Assembly (NCBI RefSeq): GCF_049667165.1
Contig: NZ_JBATHS010000028.1
Coordinates: 20,591 to 84,590, forward strand
Direction: 5' to 3'
DNA length: 64,000 nucleotides
Source: Maribacter sp.
GTDB lineage: Bacteria; Bacteroidota; Bacteroidia; Flavobacteriales; Flavobacteriaceae
Shown: positions 17,863-27,429 of the stretch, piece by piece
Layout of the letters: every line of letters begins with the position of its first letter
Position numbering within the stretch: the first letter of the stretch is position 1
Notes under the pieces: generated by a model
The model's input: the letters and a program-made list of their open reading frames with translations, nothing else
Told to the model about the DNA's origin: nothing
The model's database searches: none
Translations under genes and position numbers: made by a program

Positions 17863-19241
17863 ATGAGACGATTATTCTTCAATTTACCTTTAGCATTTTT
17901 TTTTATTCTTTTGAGTACATCGGCCCAAACTTATCATGTAAAGGATTACGGGGCGGTCAATGATGGAACTACTTTAAATACAATTGCCATACAAACTGCA
18001 ATCAATGAATGTACTCGAAATGGTGGAGGAACAGTGTTGCTATCAGGTGGGGGTAAGTACATGACCGGGACCCTGTATTTGAAAGACAACGTAACACTGC
18101 ATATCGGTAATGGTACCGTACTATTGGGTAGTCCTAATTATGAAGATTATACCACAGATACCCATAAGAATATGTACAAGAATGAGCCACATATGGATAG
18201 TTGCCTCATTTTTGCCAAAGATGCCACCTCCATTGCCATTGAGGGTTATGGGACCATAGACGGCAATGGCCACAGGGAATTTTCAATAAGGACACGGGCC
18301 GACCGATGATGATTCGCTTTTTAAATTGTAAGGACATCCACTTAAATGATATTACGTTGATAAATCCAGCTGCATGGACATCAGCATGGCTCTACTGTGA
18401 CAATATCAGTGTAAGTGCCATCAACATTGTCAGTAGGGTCAATGGCAATGGGGATGGGCTTGACTTTGACGGTTGTACCGATGTACGTGTTATTAATAGC
18501 ACGTTCGACACCAGTGATGACAGCATCTGTCTGCAAGCTTCCAGGCCCGACAGACCATGTAAAAATGTTGTGGTGAGCAATTGTACTTTCACATCGAAAT
18601 GGGCAGGGATGCGTATTGGACTTCTTTCTAGGGGCAATATCGAGTCGGTCAGTGTTACCAATTGTACGTTTCGGGACATACAGGATTCAGGACTTAAGAT
18701 CCAACAGAATGAAGGGGGTGAAATGAAGAATATGGTCTTCAGTAATTTAGTGATGGAGAATGTTCCCAGACCTATTTTCATGACTTTTTGCCAACAACGG
18801 GCTTCAAATGAGACTCCAGAAGGCCAGTTTGAACCTTTGAAACGAATGCACCATTTTATATTCAGTAATATCGTAGTTGACAATTCTAAAGGCGATAAGA
18901 ATTCGGCTTTCTTTTTAACAGGACTTCCTGATCACAAAATAGAGGAGGTGATCATGAAGGATATCCAATTTACAATTTCTGGAGGAGGAACTAAGGAAGA
19001 CGCCCAAAAAGCCAATATCAAGGAGTATACACTCGATGTATTGGATGGATGGTGGCCCGAATTCCATTTGGTAGGTACGTTGCCGGCCTCCGGTATTTAT
19101 GCAAGACATATCGACGGATTGGTTCTCGAGAATATTCAAGTCAATATGATTGAGAAGGACGCACGGAAAGTGGTCGTTTTTGATGATGTTTCGAATGCCC
19201 GTATCCGTGATGTACGAAGTAACGATAAGCGTTTCAAATAG
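17863..19241 (+). pseudogene. GH28 (polygalacturonase-like, parallel beta-helix) gene interrupted by a frameshift
   Basis: Two overlapping ORFs (17863-18309 and 18306-19241) together encode one GH28-like protein: YHVKDYGAVNDGTT..., TIDGNG..., then RPMMIRFLNCKDI..., NGDGLDFDGC, TSDDSICLQ. The frames join if one T is added to the T run at 18280-18283. Confidence 0.7.
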
Positions 19242-19254
19242 TGCTACCTTTTAC

Positions 19255-20532
19255 CTATTCCCTGTTTTTGTTCTCCTTCAGAATACGGTTTTTCTGCTTT
19301 TCATTCAACCCATGTTCAAAATAAAATTCAGGCTTGTAGTATTCATGGGCGCGCTTCATATCCGGGTCATGAATATCAAGGCTCAGATCGCAATCAAAAC
19401 GGGCGAGTATAGCATGGTTTTGACTCCAAATCGTTGCGTTCGTAAAATGTGATAGGCCCCAGGTAATACCTTTTCCATAATCCGTATTGGTAAAGGCATC
19501 GGGAATATAAGGTCCAGCGGCATTGGGCATTAAATACGTGATCGAGGCAATATCAAAGTTAACCCCGTCCGCTGCATATTGTACTGTATTATGTTCATTG
19601 CCATCCCTGATAACCAAGGCAGCAATCCCTTCCATAAATGGGAATAGCGTAGTTTCATGCCCCGAATTGATAACGGGATTCAATGGATGCTTTGTAAAAG
19701 GGCCCAAAGGATTGTCGGCAATGGCCAAACCTTGCATTCTGACCAGCTCTGGGTCTCCATCAAAATCGGATTTATAGTAGAGGTAGATTTTGCCCTTATA
19801 TACCAAGGGATATGGGTCATGGATCGAGTATTGATCCCATTCGCCTTCAGCACCATTGGGAATCACAATTTTATTGTGTGGAGTCCAAGGACCATCGGGT
19901 GAATCGGCATAAGATACAGCAACCGGACAATCATCCCCTCGCTTACCGCTGGCCTCCATAAAACCTTGGTAATACAAATAATATTTGCCTTCCCATTCCA
20001 GAATATCGGTTGTTGTTACCGATCGCCATCCCACATTGGGTTTGGGAGGTCGCGGCACGGCGACCCCTTGCTCTTGCCATGTAAAGCCATCCTCGCTCGT
20101 AGCGTACCAAATATCGGCCAGATCCCAGTCGCTTGAAGGAATGGTATCGTTCGATTTTTCAGCCCCTTGAGGCGGGGTGGGGGTATGGCGATGGGTGTAC
20201 CACACATAATATTTACCGTTGGCAAAGATAACCTTTGAAGGATCACGACGTGAAATAGTGCCGTCATCATTATTATAGTCAAAACCCTTGAGCTCGGTAT
20301 ATTTGAATTGCGAATACAATTCATTTTGAGAGGGTCTGGGGGCTGAATACGCATCATAATTACGTGCACTTGCCTTACTCATTGCTCTATTGGGCTTTTT
20401 TTCCGGAAGTTTGAAAGGAAAGCCTATAGTATTCGTTTCAGATAAGGTAACCTCCTTTTCATTTTGGATTTTTTTGCAGGAAATCAAAACTAAGAGTATC
20501 ATGCTAACAACTATCAATCTTTGCAGTTTCAT
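19255..20532 (-). CDS. GH117-like five-bladed beta-propeller glycosidase, lipoprotein
   Basis: 425 aa with a lipobox (VLISC). RRDPS, HDP and adjacent SGHE residues fall near the positions of the Asp/Asp/His-Glu catalytic set that I recall for GH117 anhydro-L-galactosidases. It is a paralog of 23606-24889. Confidence 0.6.
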   Translation of the reverse strand: MKLQRLIVVSMILLVLISCKKIQNEKEVTLSETNTIGFPFKLPEKKPNRAMSKASARNYDAYSAPRPSQNELYSQFKYTELKGFDYNNDDGTISRRDPSKVIFANGKYYVWYTHRHTPTPPQGAEKSNDTIPSSDWDLADIWYATSEDGFTWQEQGVAVPRPPKPNVGWRSVTTTDILEWEGKYYLYYQGFMEASGKRGDDCPVAVSYADSPDGPWTPHNKIVIPNGAEGEWDQYSIHDPYPLVYKGKIYLYYKSDFDGDPELVRMQGLAIADNPLGPFTKHPLNPVINSGHETTLFPFMEGIAALVIRDGNEHNTVQYAADGVNFDIASITYLMPNAAGPYIPDAFTNTDYGKGITWGLSHFTNATIWSQNHAILARFDCDLSLDIHDPDMKRAHEYYKPEFYFEHGLNEKQKNRILKENKNRE

Positions 20533-20580
20533 CTTTTAAAATTTATTTAGGGTGTCTTTTTGAATAATGTGTCTGATGGA

Positions 20581-22134
20581 CTAATCTTTGTGTGCATCTT
20601 CGTTACCACCAATGTCGTTTTCTTTATACCCTTCCATCACAATTTTAAATGCATGTGCATAGTCTGTGGGATATGACTTGGGCGGTTTAATTACCAATCC
20701 ACGGGAATTCCTTTCCCACTCCAATTTTTCATCACTGCCCAATAAACTCACACTCATGATTTTTGAGTTTAATGCACCAATATCTGTGCTCAAGGTCTTC
20801 ATCACGATGTCTTCTTCCGGTTTGTCCATCACAATAGCATAGATTTCTTTATCAGATTTTTTAGTATATCGAATATCCGTATTTGTATATTCAATTTCGA
20901 TTTTCTCAATTTTATGCCCGCCTTCAGGCAAGCGGGTCGGACCTTCGCCAAAGACCGTCCACGGACGGGTTTTGTAGATAGCATCACCATTGACCTTTAG
21001 CCAAGCACCCATTTCGGTAAGTAGATAAACCATTTCCTCTGGTATGGAGCCATCCGGATTTGGAGGTACATTTAATAGCATCAAGCCATTTTTCGCCACG
21101 ATGTCGACCAAAATATCTATCAAATCGTTTGGTTTTTTAAACTCCGCCCCAGGACGGTAGAACCAAGCTCCTGGCGAAGTATCTGTCAACCATGCCGGGC
21201 TTTTAGGTTGGTTTGGCCGACCTCGCTCATAGTCTTTAATGGCAGTTGTAATGGGAAAAGTACTTTCTTTATAGGCCACACAAACTTCTTTGCCCCATTT
21301 TTGTGCCTCATTATAATAGTAGGCCAAAAATTTCTGACGGTCCGCTTCTGGAAGGTTTTCCAACCACCAGTCGAACCAAATTAAATCGGGCTGGTATATA
21401 TCGATATATTCTTTGAGCTTGGCCCACCACTCCTCGCGGAAACGGTCATCTGGCACATCCGATTCCAAACTATGGGGATTCGTGTACAAATCATAATCTT
21501 GGGGATCAACCCCACCATATTGGTGTGCTGGCGCAAAATATTTCCAGGTAAAGGCATGATGGAAGGAGGCCATAAATTTCAATCCTTGCGCCTCAATCTC
21601 CTTTTTCAGGGTTGCGGAGGGGTCGATTCCCCCATAATTCATCGAGTTCCATCGTGTTGATTTGGCATCCCACATCGCAAAATTATCATGATGCATGGCT
21701 ACAGGTCCCGCAAATTTTGCCCCCGATTTGGCAAATAATTCAGCCCATTCTTTGGCATTGAATTTTATGGGTTTGAAATTTTCGATGATATACTTGTACC
21801 CATACTTGGCCGGATCACCATATTTCTTTTTATGATGTAAGTAATTGTTTGAGGGCTCTCCATTTTTAGTGGGTACTTTCTTTCCGTCTTGATACATGAT
21901 CATACCATGCCAACCGCTATAGTTCTTGCTGGGGTCGGTGCCTTCAAATGCTTCTGATACAGGGCCCCAGTGTGCATAAATGCCCAATTTGGCATCTAGA
22001 AACCAATCGGGTGTTTGGTTTACCTTGGAAAGTGATTCCCAGGATTCTTCATATACCACACTTTCTTGCGCTTTTAGGATACTAAAAGCACAAAAAATAA
22101 GGACTGCCATAAAAGGTAAAGCTGTTTTTTTCAT
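20581..22134 (-). CDS. GH29 alpha-L-fucosidase
   Basis: 517 aa with a signal peptide. Motifs: KLGIYAHWGPVS, AMHHDNFAMWD and FGEGPTRLPEGG. Confidence 0.9.
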   Translation of the reverse strand: MKKTALPFMAVLIFCAFSILKAQESVVYEESWESLSKVNQTPDWFLDAKLGIYAHWGPVSEAFEGTDPSKNYSGWHGMIMYQDGKKVPTKNGEPSNNYLHHKKKYGDPAKYGYKYIIENFKPIKFNAKEWAELFAKSGAKFAGPVAMHHDNFAMWDAKSTRWNSMNYGGIDPSATLKKEIEAQGLKFMASFHHAFTWKYFAPAHQYGGVDPQDYDLYTNPHSLESDVPDDRFREEWWAKLKEYIDIYQPDLIWFDWWLENLPEADRQKFLAYYYNEAQKWGKEVCVAYKESTFPITTAIKDYERGRPNQPKSPAWLTDTSPGAWFYRPGAEFKKPNDLIDILVDIVAKNGLMLLNVPPNPDGSIPEEMVYLLTEMGAWLKVNGDAIYKTRPWTVFGEGPTRLPEGGHKIEKIEIEYTNTDIRYTKKSDKEIYAIVMDKPEEDIVMKTLSTDIGALNSKIMSVSLLGSDEKLEWERNSRGLVIKPPKSYPTDYAHAFKIVMEGYKENDIGGNEDAHKD

Positions 22135-22168
22135 TTAGGGTGTTTTACTTTAAACTTATTATTGATTT

Positions 22169-23464
22169 CTACTTTACAAGATTGACAAACACGGTATTTG
22201 CATCTATTGAGCTTTTTTGATCACCTTCCATGGGACGCATACTTGCCACCAACTTATAACCGGCCATAGGTTTTAATTCCTTATCCAGTTTAAAGTTGAA
22301 TTCCAGATTGGCGTAACCAGCAAATGCCACAAAAATCGATTCTTGGATCTTTTTCCCTTCAAGATCAAATAGTACCAATTCAATTTGCCGATCCGTATTG
22401 GCTTTGTAGCTCAATGGAATATTTAGGGTCTTCGAATTTCTTAAATTGATTTCGGCACTTTCGAAAATTATAGTTTCGTCATATAGCCCTAAATCCTGTT
22501 CCAATTTAGATTCGTTAGAGGCATTAAGGCCAACAAGTTCGTAACCCCTGACCCAATCATAATAAACCGTATTCTTAGTGTCATCTGCCAATTCCTCATC
22601 AGTAGGTAATGAAATCCATGGAAATGGATAGGTTTCATGGACCAATCTCATATACATGGGCTTATCCATTGGTTTATCTGTTATCTTATCATAAAATTTT
22701 TGATGTTTGGGCTCCCTATCATCGTAATAATAACTGGCAGATTTTTCATCGCGCCACCAACCGCCGTACACATGAAAATCTTTTGAAGCCAATTCCGTAT
22801 CCTCAAACCTTACCTGAGCAGCCCGGTAATCGTGTTTCCCTTCATCACAATCGGTATACCAATAATGTGCATTCGAATGCATTCCACTAGCGAAGTATTT
22901 TCCTTCAAAGTCACCTTCCCTTCCAATACACTCTTGAATATCCCATTCTTGTCCATAGCTATCACACCCATTAGGGCCTACACCTCCATTACCGGAAAAC
23001 CAAAACGTAGTTGACATCGTTGTTGCTGCTGCTTTGACCCTGCACTCGTAGTATCCGAGGAATACCGGCCTTTTTGAAACAACGGCAGCTCCTTTGATAT
23101 TGAAGGTTATATCTTTTCCATAAGCATGAACAATGGTGTCATTATTCATCTTTTGCCCTTTTAATTGCAGGGAACCATCTGCAACTGAAACCTGCGAAGG
23201 CATAAACAACCCTGGAGGTCTACCTATCCATGTAGGATGATGATCAAGCCACTTTGTTGTATCTAGCACTGTACCGTTAAATTCGTCCGAAAAAGCAGGG
23301 TTTAATATCCAACGTTTACCGACGGGTGGCTTAGGTGGCCCTGAATCGTTTACTTGGGCATTGCCCCGGAATACATTGGTACTACAAAAAATCATTACGC
23401 TCAATACAATTCTTTCTAAAGACATCATTTTTAATCGTTTTAGTATCGTTTGAATAATTGTCAC
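22169..23464 (-). CDS. GH16 glycoside hydrolase (agarase/porphyranase-like) with a C-terminal beta-sandwich domain
   Basis: 431 aa. It has the FSDEFNGTVLDTTKW opening and the GH16 catalytic ExDxxE motif (EWDIQE). The start may instead be the MMSLER Met at 23428. Confidence 0.65.
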   Translation of the reverse strand: MTIIQTILKRLKMMSLERIVLSVMIFCSTNVFRGNAQVNDSGPPKPPVGKRWILNPAFSDEFNGTVLDTTKWLDHHPTWIGRPPGLFMPSQVSVADGSLQLKGQKMNNDTIVHAYGKDITFNIKGAAVVSKRPVFLGYYECRVKAAATTMSTTFWFSGNGGVGPNGCDSYGQEWDIQECIGREGDFEGKYFASGMHSNAHYWYTDCDEGKHDYRAAQVRFEDTELASKDFHVYGGWWRDEKSASYYYDDREPKHQKFYDKITDKPMDKPMYMRLVHETYPFPWISLPTDEELADDTKNTVYYDWVRGYELVGLNASNESKLEQDLGLYDETIIFESAEINLRNSKTLNIPLSYKANTDRQIELVLFDLEGKKIQESIFVAFAGYANLEFNFKLDKELKPMAGYKLVASMRPMEGDQKSSIDANTVFVNLVK

Positions 23465-23605
23465 ATGAATTGATTTTCAGCTTTATAAATACGCTAACTT
23501 TCTTTAAATCAATTGACAAGCTGTAAACATTATATCAATTTCATCAAGCTCCTGTCTAAAAACATTTTTATAGTGTTGCCTTCGACGTTTTTATTATCAA
23601 TTGTT

Positions 23606-24889
23606 CTAGTTTCCCGGCCTACTTAGACCTTGTTCAAAATATACTTCGGGTTTATGCCATACCCCTGTTTTTTTAAAAATATCGGGCTCATCAAAATCCA
23701 AGCTTAGGTCACAATCAAATCGTGCCATTATGGAGTATTGTTTTTGGGAAGTTCCTGCGTTTATAAAATGACATAACCCCCAGGTAAATCCCCTGCCGTA
23801 ATCAGTATCTGTGAAAGCATCTGCAACGAAAGGTGCTGCTGCCGTAGGGGTAAGCGATAAACTGGAGGCAATTTCAAAATTGACCCCATCTTTGGCATAC
23901 TGCATCGTTTCCCGTTCGTTTCCATCCTTGATCGCCAGCGCGGCAACTCCTTCCTTAAAAGGGAAATAGGTCGTCTCATGACCCGAATTGAGCACGGGAT
24001 TCAATGGATGTTTCTCAAAAGGTCCCAAAGGATCATCTGCAATCACTAGCCCATGGGCTACAGCATATTTATCACGTATATCTGGCCATTTGTTGTAAGC
24101 GGCCTTATAATACAAATAAATTTTACCCTTGTAAACGATCGGATGTGGATCGTGCGTAGCATCTTGGTCCCATTCGCCTTTTTTGCCAAACGGTATAACA
24201 GAATCGCCACCATGGGTCCACGGCCCATCGGGGGAATCGGCATAGGATACCGATACCGGACACCAATCTCCCCGAAGTCCACTGGGTTCATTAAAGGCCT
24301 GGTAATAGAGGTAGTATTTATCTTTCCATACCAAAATATCAGGAGTGGCAACCGAACGCCATCCCGGTGCGGGTTTGGGTGGCCTTGATACGGCTACCCC
24401 TTGTTCTTCCCAAGTAAATCCATCTTCACTGGTTGCATACCAGATATCGCATAAATCCCAATCGGTAGATGGAATTTCATCTGTCGCTTCCTTTGCGCGA
24501 TTCGCGCCAATTGGGGGCACTACGGTATGTCGTTTCGTATAATAGACATAAAATTTATCATCCACCAGAATGGGTCGCGAAGGGTCGCGCCGGGATACGG
24601 TTCCATCGCCATTATGATAGTCAAAACCCTTTAATCGGGTATATTTAAATTGGGAAAAAAGTTCATTGTCATGCACCCTGGGAGCCGGATAGCTGAACAT
24701 GCGTTCCATGGCAGCACTCAAGGGAATATCGGGTTTTTCAGTGGGTATTTTATGGGGAAAAACACCTGTGGTTTTTGTTTCCAAAGTTGATTCAACTGTT
24801 TTTTCCGATTTTGAATCCTTACAGGATAAAACAGTGCCAATGATCAAAATACTGAGTACGATTTTTACCAGGGCATTCTTCAAGTTCAT
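23606..24889 (-). CDS. GH117-like five-bladed beta-propeller glycosidase, lipoprotein (paralog 2)
   Basis: 427 aa with a lipobox (TVLSC). By eye it is roughly two-thirds identical to 19255-20532, and it has the same RRDPS, HDP and SGHE residues. Confidence 0.6.
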   Translation of the reverse strand: MNLKNALVKIVLSILIIGTVLSCKDSKSEKTVESTLETKTTGVFPHKIPTEKPDIPLSAAMERMFSYPAPRVHDNELFSQFKYTRLKGFDYHNGDGTVSRRDPSRPILVDDKFYVYYTKRHTVVPPIGANRAKEATDEIPSTDWDLCDIWYATSEDGFTWEEQGVAVSRPPKPAPGWRSVATPDILVWKDKYYLYYQAFNEPSGLRGDWCPVSVSYADSPDGPWTHGGDSVIPFGKKGEWDQDATHDPHPIVYKGKIYLYYKAAYNKWPDIRDKYAVAHGLVIADDPLGPFEKHPLNPVLNSGHETTYFPFKEGVAALAIKDGNERETMQYAKDGVNFEIASSLSLTPTAAAPFVADAFTDTDYGRGFTWGLCHFINAGTSQKQYSIMARFDCDLSLDFDEPDIFKKTGVWHKPEVYFEQGLSRPGN

Positions 24890-25056
24890 GATGTTATATT
24901 TTTTAAGCCGGAATTAAAGATGATTTAGCATTTGATCTCCAATTCTTCCATTCATTTTCAACCTGTAATAGAGGTGTCTCACATTGTATTGGAAGCTACT
25001 AATAGAATGCTTATCACCTTATGTTTTTGATATTTCATCAAATAATGGCCTCTTTT

Positions 25057-27405
25057 TTATTCACTGATCGCGAAAAAAACGTTCCTTCCATTTTCTAGTA
25101 TCAGGTTGTTCCCTGATAATTCCAAAATCCCATTTAAACGGATATCGGTGCAAGAAGCTCCCACCTTGAACTCGTACTTGTCCGCTTCAACAAACCATAG
25201 GTCCTTTTTATATTGGGCCAATTGTTGGGGGGATATCTTAAAGGTTACCGTTTTTTCTTCCCCAGAATTTAAGCTTATCCGTTCAAAACCTTTCAGCTGA
25301 ATGGGCTTCATGGTCGATGATTCCCCGACGGGTGAAACATACAACTGTACGATTTCGGTTCCGTTCATGGCCCCTGTATTCTTTATATTGAATGAAAGGG
25401 AGAATCGTTCATCGGTGATGGCTACTTCAGGTTTCAATTTTAAGTCGCTGTATTCGTATTGTGTATACGACAGACCATACCCAAAAGGATATTGCGGCAT
25501 ATTATCGTCCATATAACCATTCTTGTAGTTTATTTCTTCTTTTGCTTCCGTTCTCGGATATGTCACACAAAGTTTCCCCGATGGATTCACATTACCCAAG
25601 AGTACATCGGCAACAGCGTTTCCTCCTTCCTCTCCAGGGAACCAAGCCTGGATGATCGCGGCACATGTACCTTCAAATTTGTCCACAAGTTGCTGGCGAC
25701 CCCCGAACATCACAAGAATAACAGGTTTGCCCGTTTCAATAAGTTTTTCGACAAAGGCTTCTTGCTCTCCTGGCAATCGAATGCCTTTACGTTCTCTTCC
25801 CTCCCCACACAAATAGATATTCTCTCCCATGGCGGCAATGATAACATCACTTTCTTTGGAAATATTCAGGGCGTTTTGCAAATCCGGTTGTGGCAGCCCT
25901 TTAATAGTCAACATTTTCACCTTGCTTAGCCTATCATCACCTAAACCGTCGGCTATCACTATTGATTCTAGAGGAGCACTCCAATCGCACCCTCGTTCAT
26001 GAAGGATTTCAACGTCACTTCCTAACTTGGATTCCAGACCTTCTTTTAGAGTGACCAATTTGGGGTTGTTCGGATCAAAAGATTGGCCCCACCAAAATGA
26101 AACCATAGACTGGTACGTATAATCCCCAAGCAACCCATGGACTGTCGCGGCATTGGGTCCTACCAAAGCAATTTTGCCAATATCTTTTTTTAAAGGAAGG
26201 ATACCATTGTTTTTCAATAGGACAATGGATTGGCATGCTGCGTCATAGGCCAGTTTTCTGTTCGAAGGAGGGTCAAAATCAAGTAAACCATCTTTTCCTA
26301 TGACCGGGTTATTATCCAACAAGCCCAATTTAGCCTTCATCATTAGCAAACGTTTGACCGCCGTATTGATTAGTTCTTCGGTTACTAGGCCTTCTTCAAG
26401 GGCTTTTGGAAGTAAAGGATAGGCAATGGGCTCGGCCAATTCTATATCAATACCTGCATTTAAAGCCAACGCACCGGCTTCCATGGAATTTTTCGCCTGT
26501 TTATGCCCTGTATGAATAAGGTTGATGGCCCCATAATCGCTCACCACCACTCCATCGAAACCGACTTCTTTCCGCAATATTTGATTCACCATAATGGGAT
26601 TCGCGGCTACCGCTAAGGCCTTATATTTTCCATAGGAAGGCATTATACTTTTAACCCCTGCCAACTTTATGGCAGCTTCATGGGGCATTAAATATTCCTC
26701 ATACAATTCTTTTTTGTTCTGATTTTGTGTGCCATACCCCGCAAAATGTTTTGCAGTAGCTGCTACCCCAGTTGCTAAATCATCGCCCTGTAGCCCTTTG
26801 ATAAAAGCAACTCCTAAACGCGAAGTAAGGTAGGCATCCTCTCCATAGCTTTCCTCTAGACGGTTCCAGTGTGCCGTGCGACTGATATCGAGCATAGGGG
26901 ATAAGGCATAGGTTGCGCCTGCCGCACGCATGTTCCTAGCGGTTGACGCCGCATTTTTTCTTACGATATCCGGGTTCCAAGAACAGCCAACTCCAATTTG
27001 TTGTGGAAAAGTGGTAGCTCCCTTTGTTGCGAAACCCGTTATGGCCTCTTCATGGAAGATAGCAGGAATTTTCATTTTGGTTTCGGTCATTAGATAATGC
27101 TGCACTTCTCTAACCAAATCCCTGAGCTCTATAGGTGAAAGGGTCAATCCCGATGAAAACTGGCAGAAATGTCCAATACCATCAGGGATCACTTTTCGAC
27201 ACTTTTCAAGAGAGAGCTTCCCATCGACCAATAATTGGTTAAGTCGTATGCCCTCTATTTGCGCCAATTTTTCGTCCATGGTCATCGAAGCTATAATACC
27301 CTCCAATCGTGCTTCGATTTGAGATGTGGCATCTGAAGGGGCCTGAGCTTTAAGTCCTGTGCTAAAAACCAAGAAACCTATCACTAGATATATCGCTATT
27401 CGCAT
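25057..27405 (-). CDS. GH3 beta-glucosidase-family exo-glycosidase
   Basis: 782 aa with a signal peptide, the GH3 nucleophile region GFDGVVVSDYGAI, and a C-terminal fibronectin-like domain. Confidence 0.9.
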   Translation of the reverse strand: MRIAIYLVIGFLVFSTGLKAQAPSDATSQIEARLEGIIASMTMDEKLAQIEGIRLNQLLVDGKLSLEKCRKVIPDGIGHFCQFSSGLTLSPIELRDLVREVQHYLMTETKMKIPAIFHEEAITGFATKGATTFPQQIGVGCSWNPDIVRKNAASTARNMRAAGATYALSPMLDISRTAHWNRLEESYGEDAYLTSRLGVAFIKGLQGDDLATGVAATAKHFAGYGTQNQNKKELYEEYLMPHEAAIKLAGVKSIMPSYGKYKALAVAANPIMVNQILRKEVGFDGVVVSDYGAINLIHTGHKQAKNSMEAGALALNAGIDIELAEPIAYPLLPKALEEGLVTEELINTAVKRLLMMKAKLGLLDNNPVIGKDGLLDFDPPSNRKLAYDAACQSIVLLKNNGILPLKKDIGKIALVGPNAATVHGLLGDYTYQSMVSFWWGQSFDPNNPKLVTLKEGLESKLGSDVEILHERGCDWSAPLESIVIADGLGDDRLSKVKMLTIKGLPQPDLQNALNISKESDVIIAAMGENIYLCGEGRERKGIRLPGEQEAFVEKLIETGKPVILVMFGGRQQLVDKFEGTCAAIIQAWFPGEEGGNAVADVLLGNVNPSGKLCVTYPRTEAKEEINYKNGYMDDNMPQYPFGYGLSYTQYEYSDLKLKPEVAITDERFSLSFNIKNTGAMNGTEIVQLYVSPVGESSTMKPIQLKGFERISLNSGEEKTVTFKISPQQLAQYKKDLWFVEADKYEFKVGASCTDIRLNGILELSGNNLILENGRNVFFAISE

Positions 27406-27429
27406 TTACTATTTTTTATTTTAGTTTTA

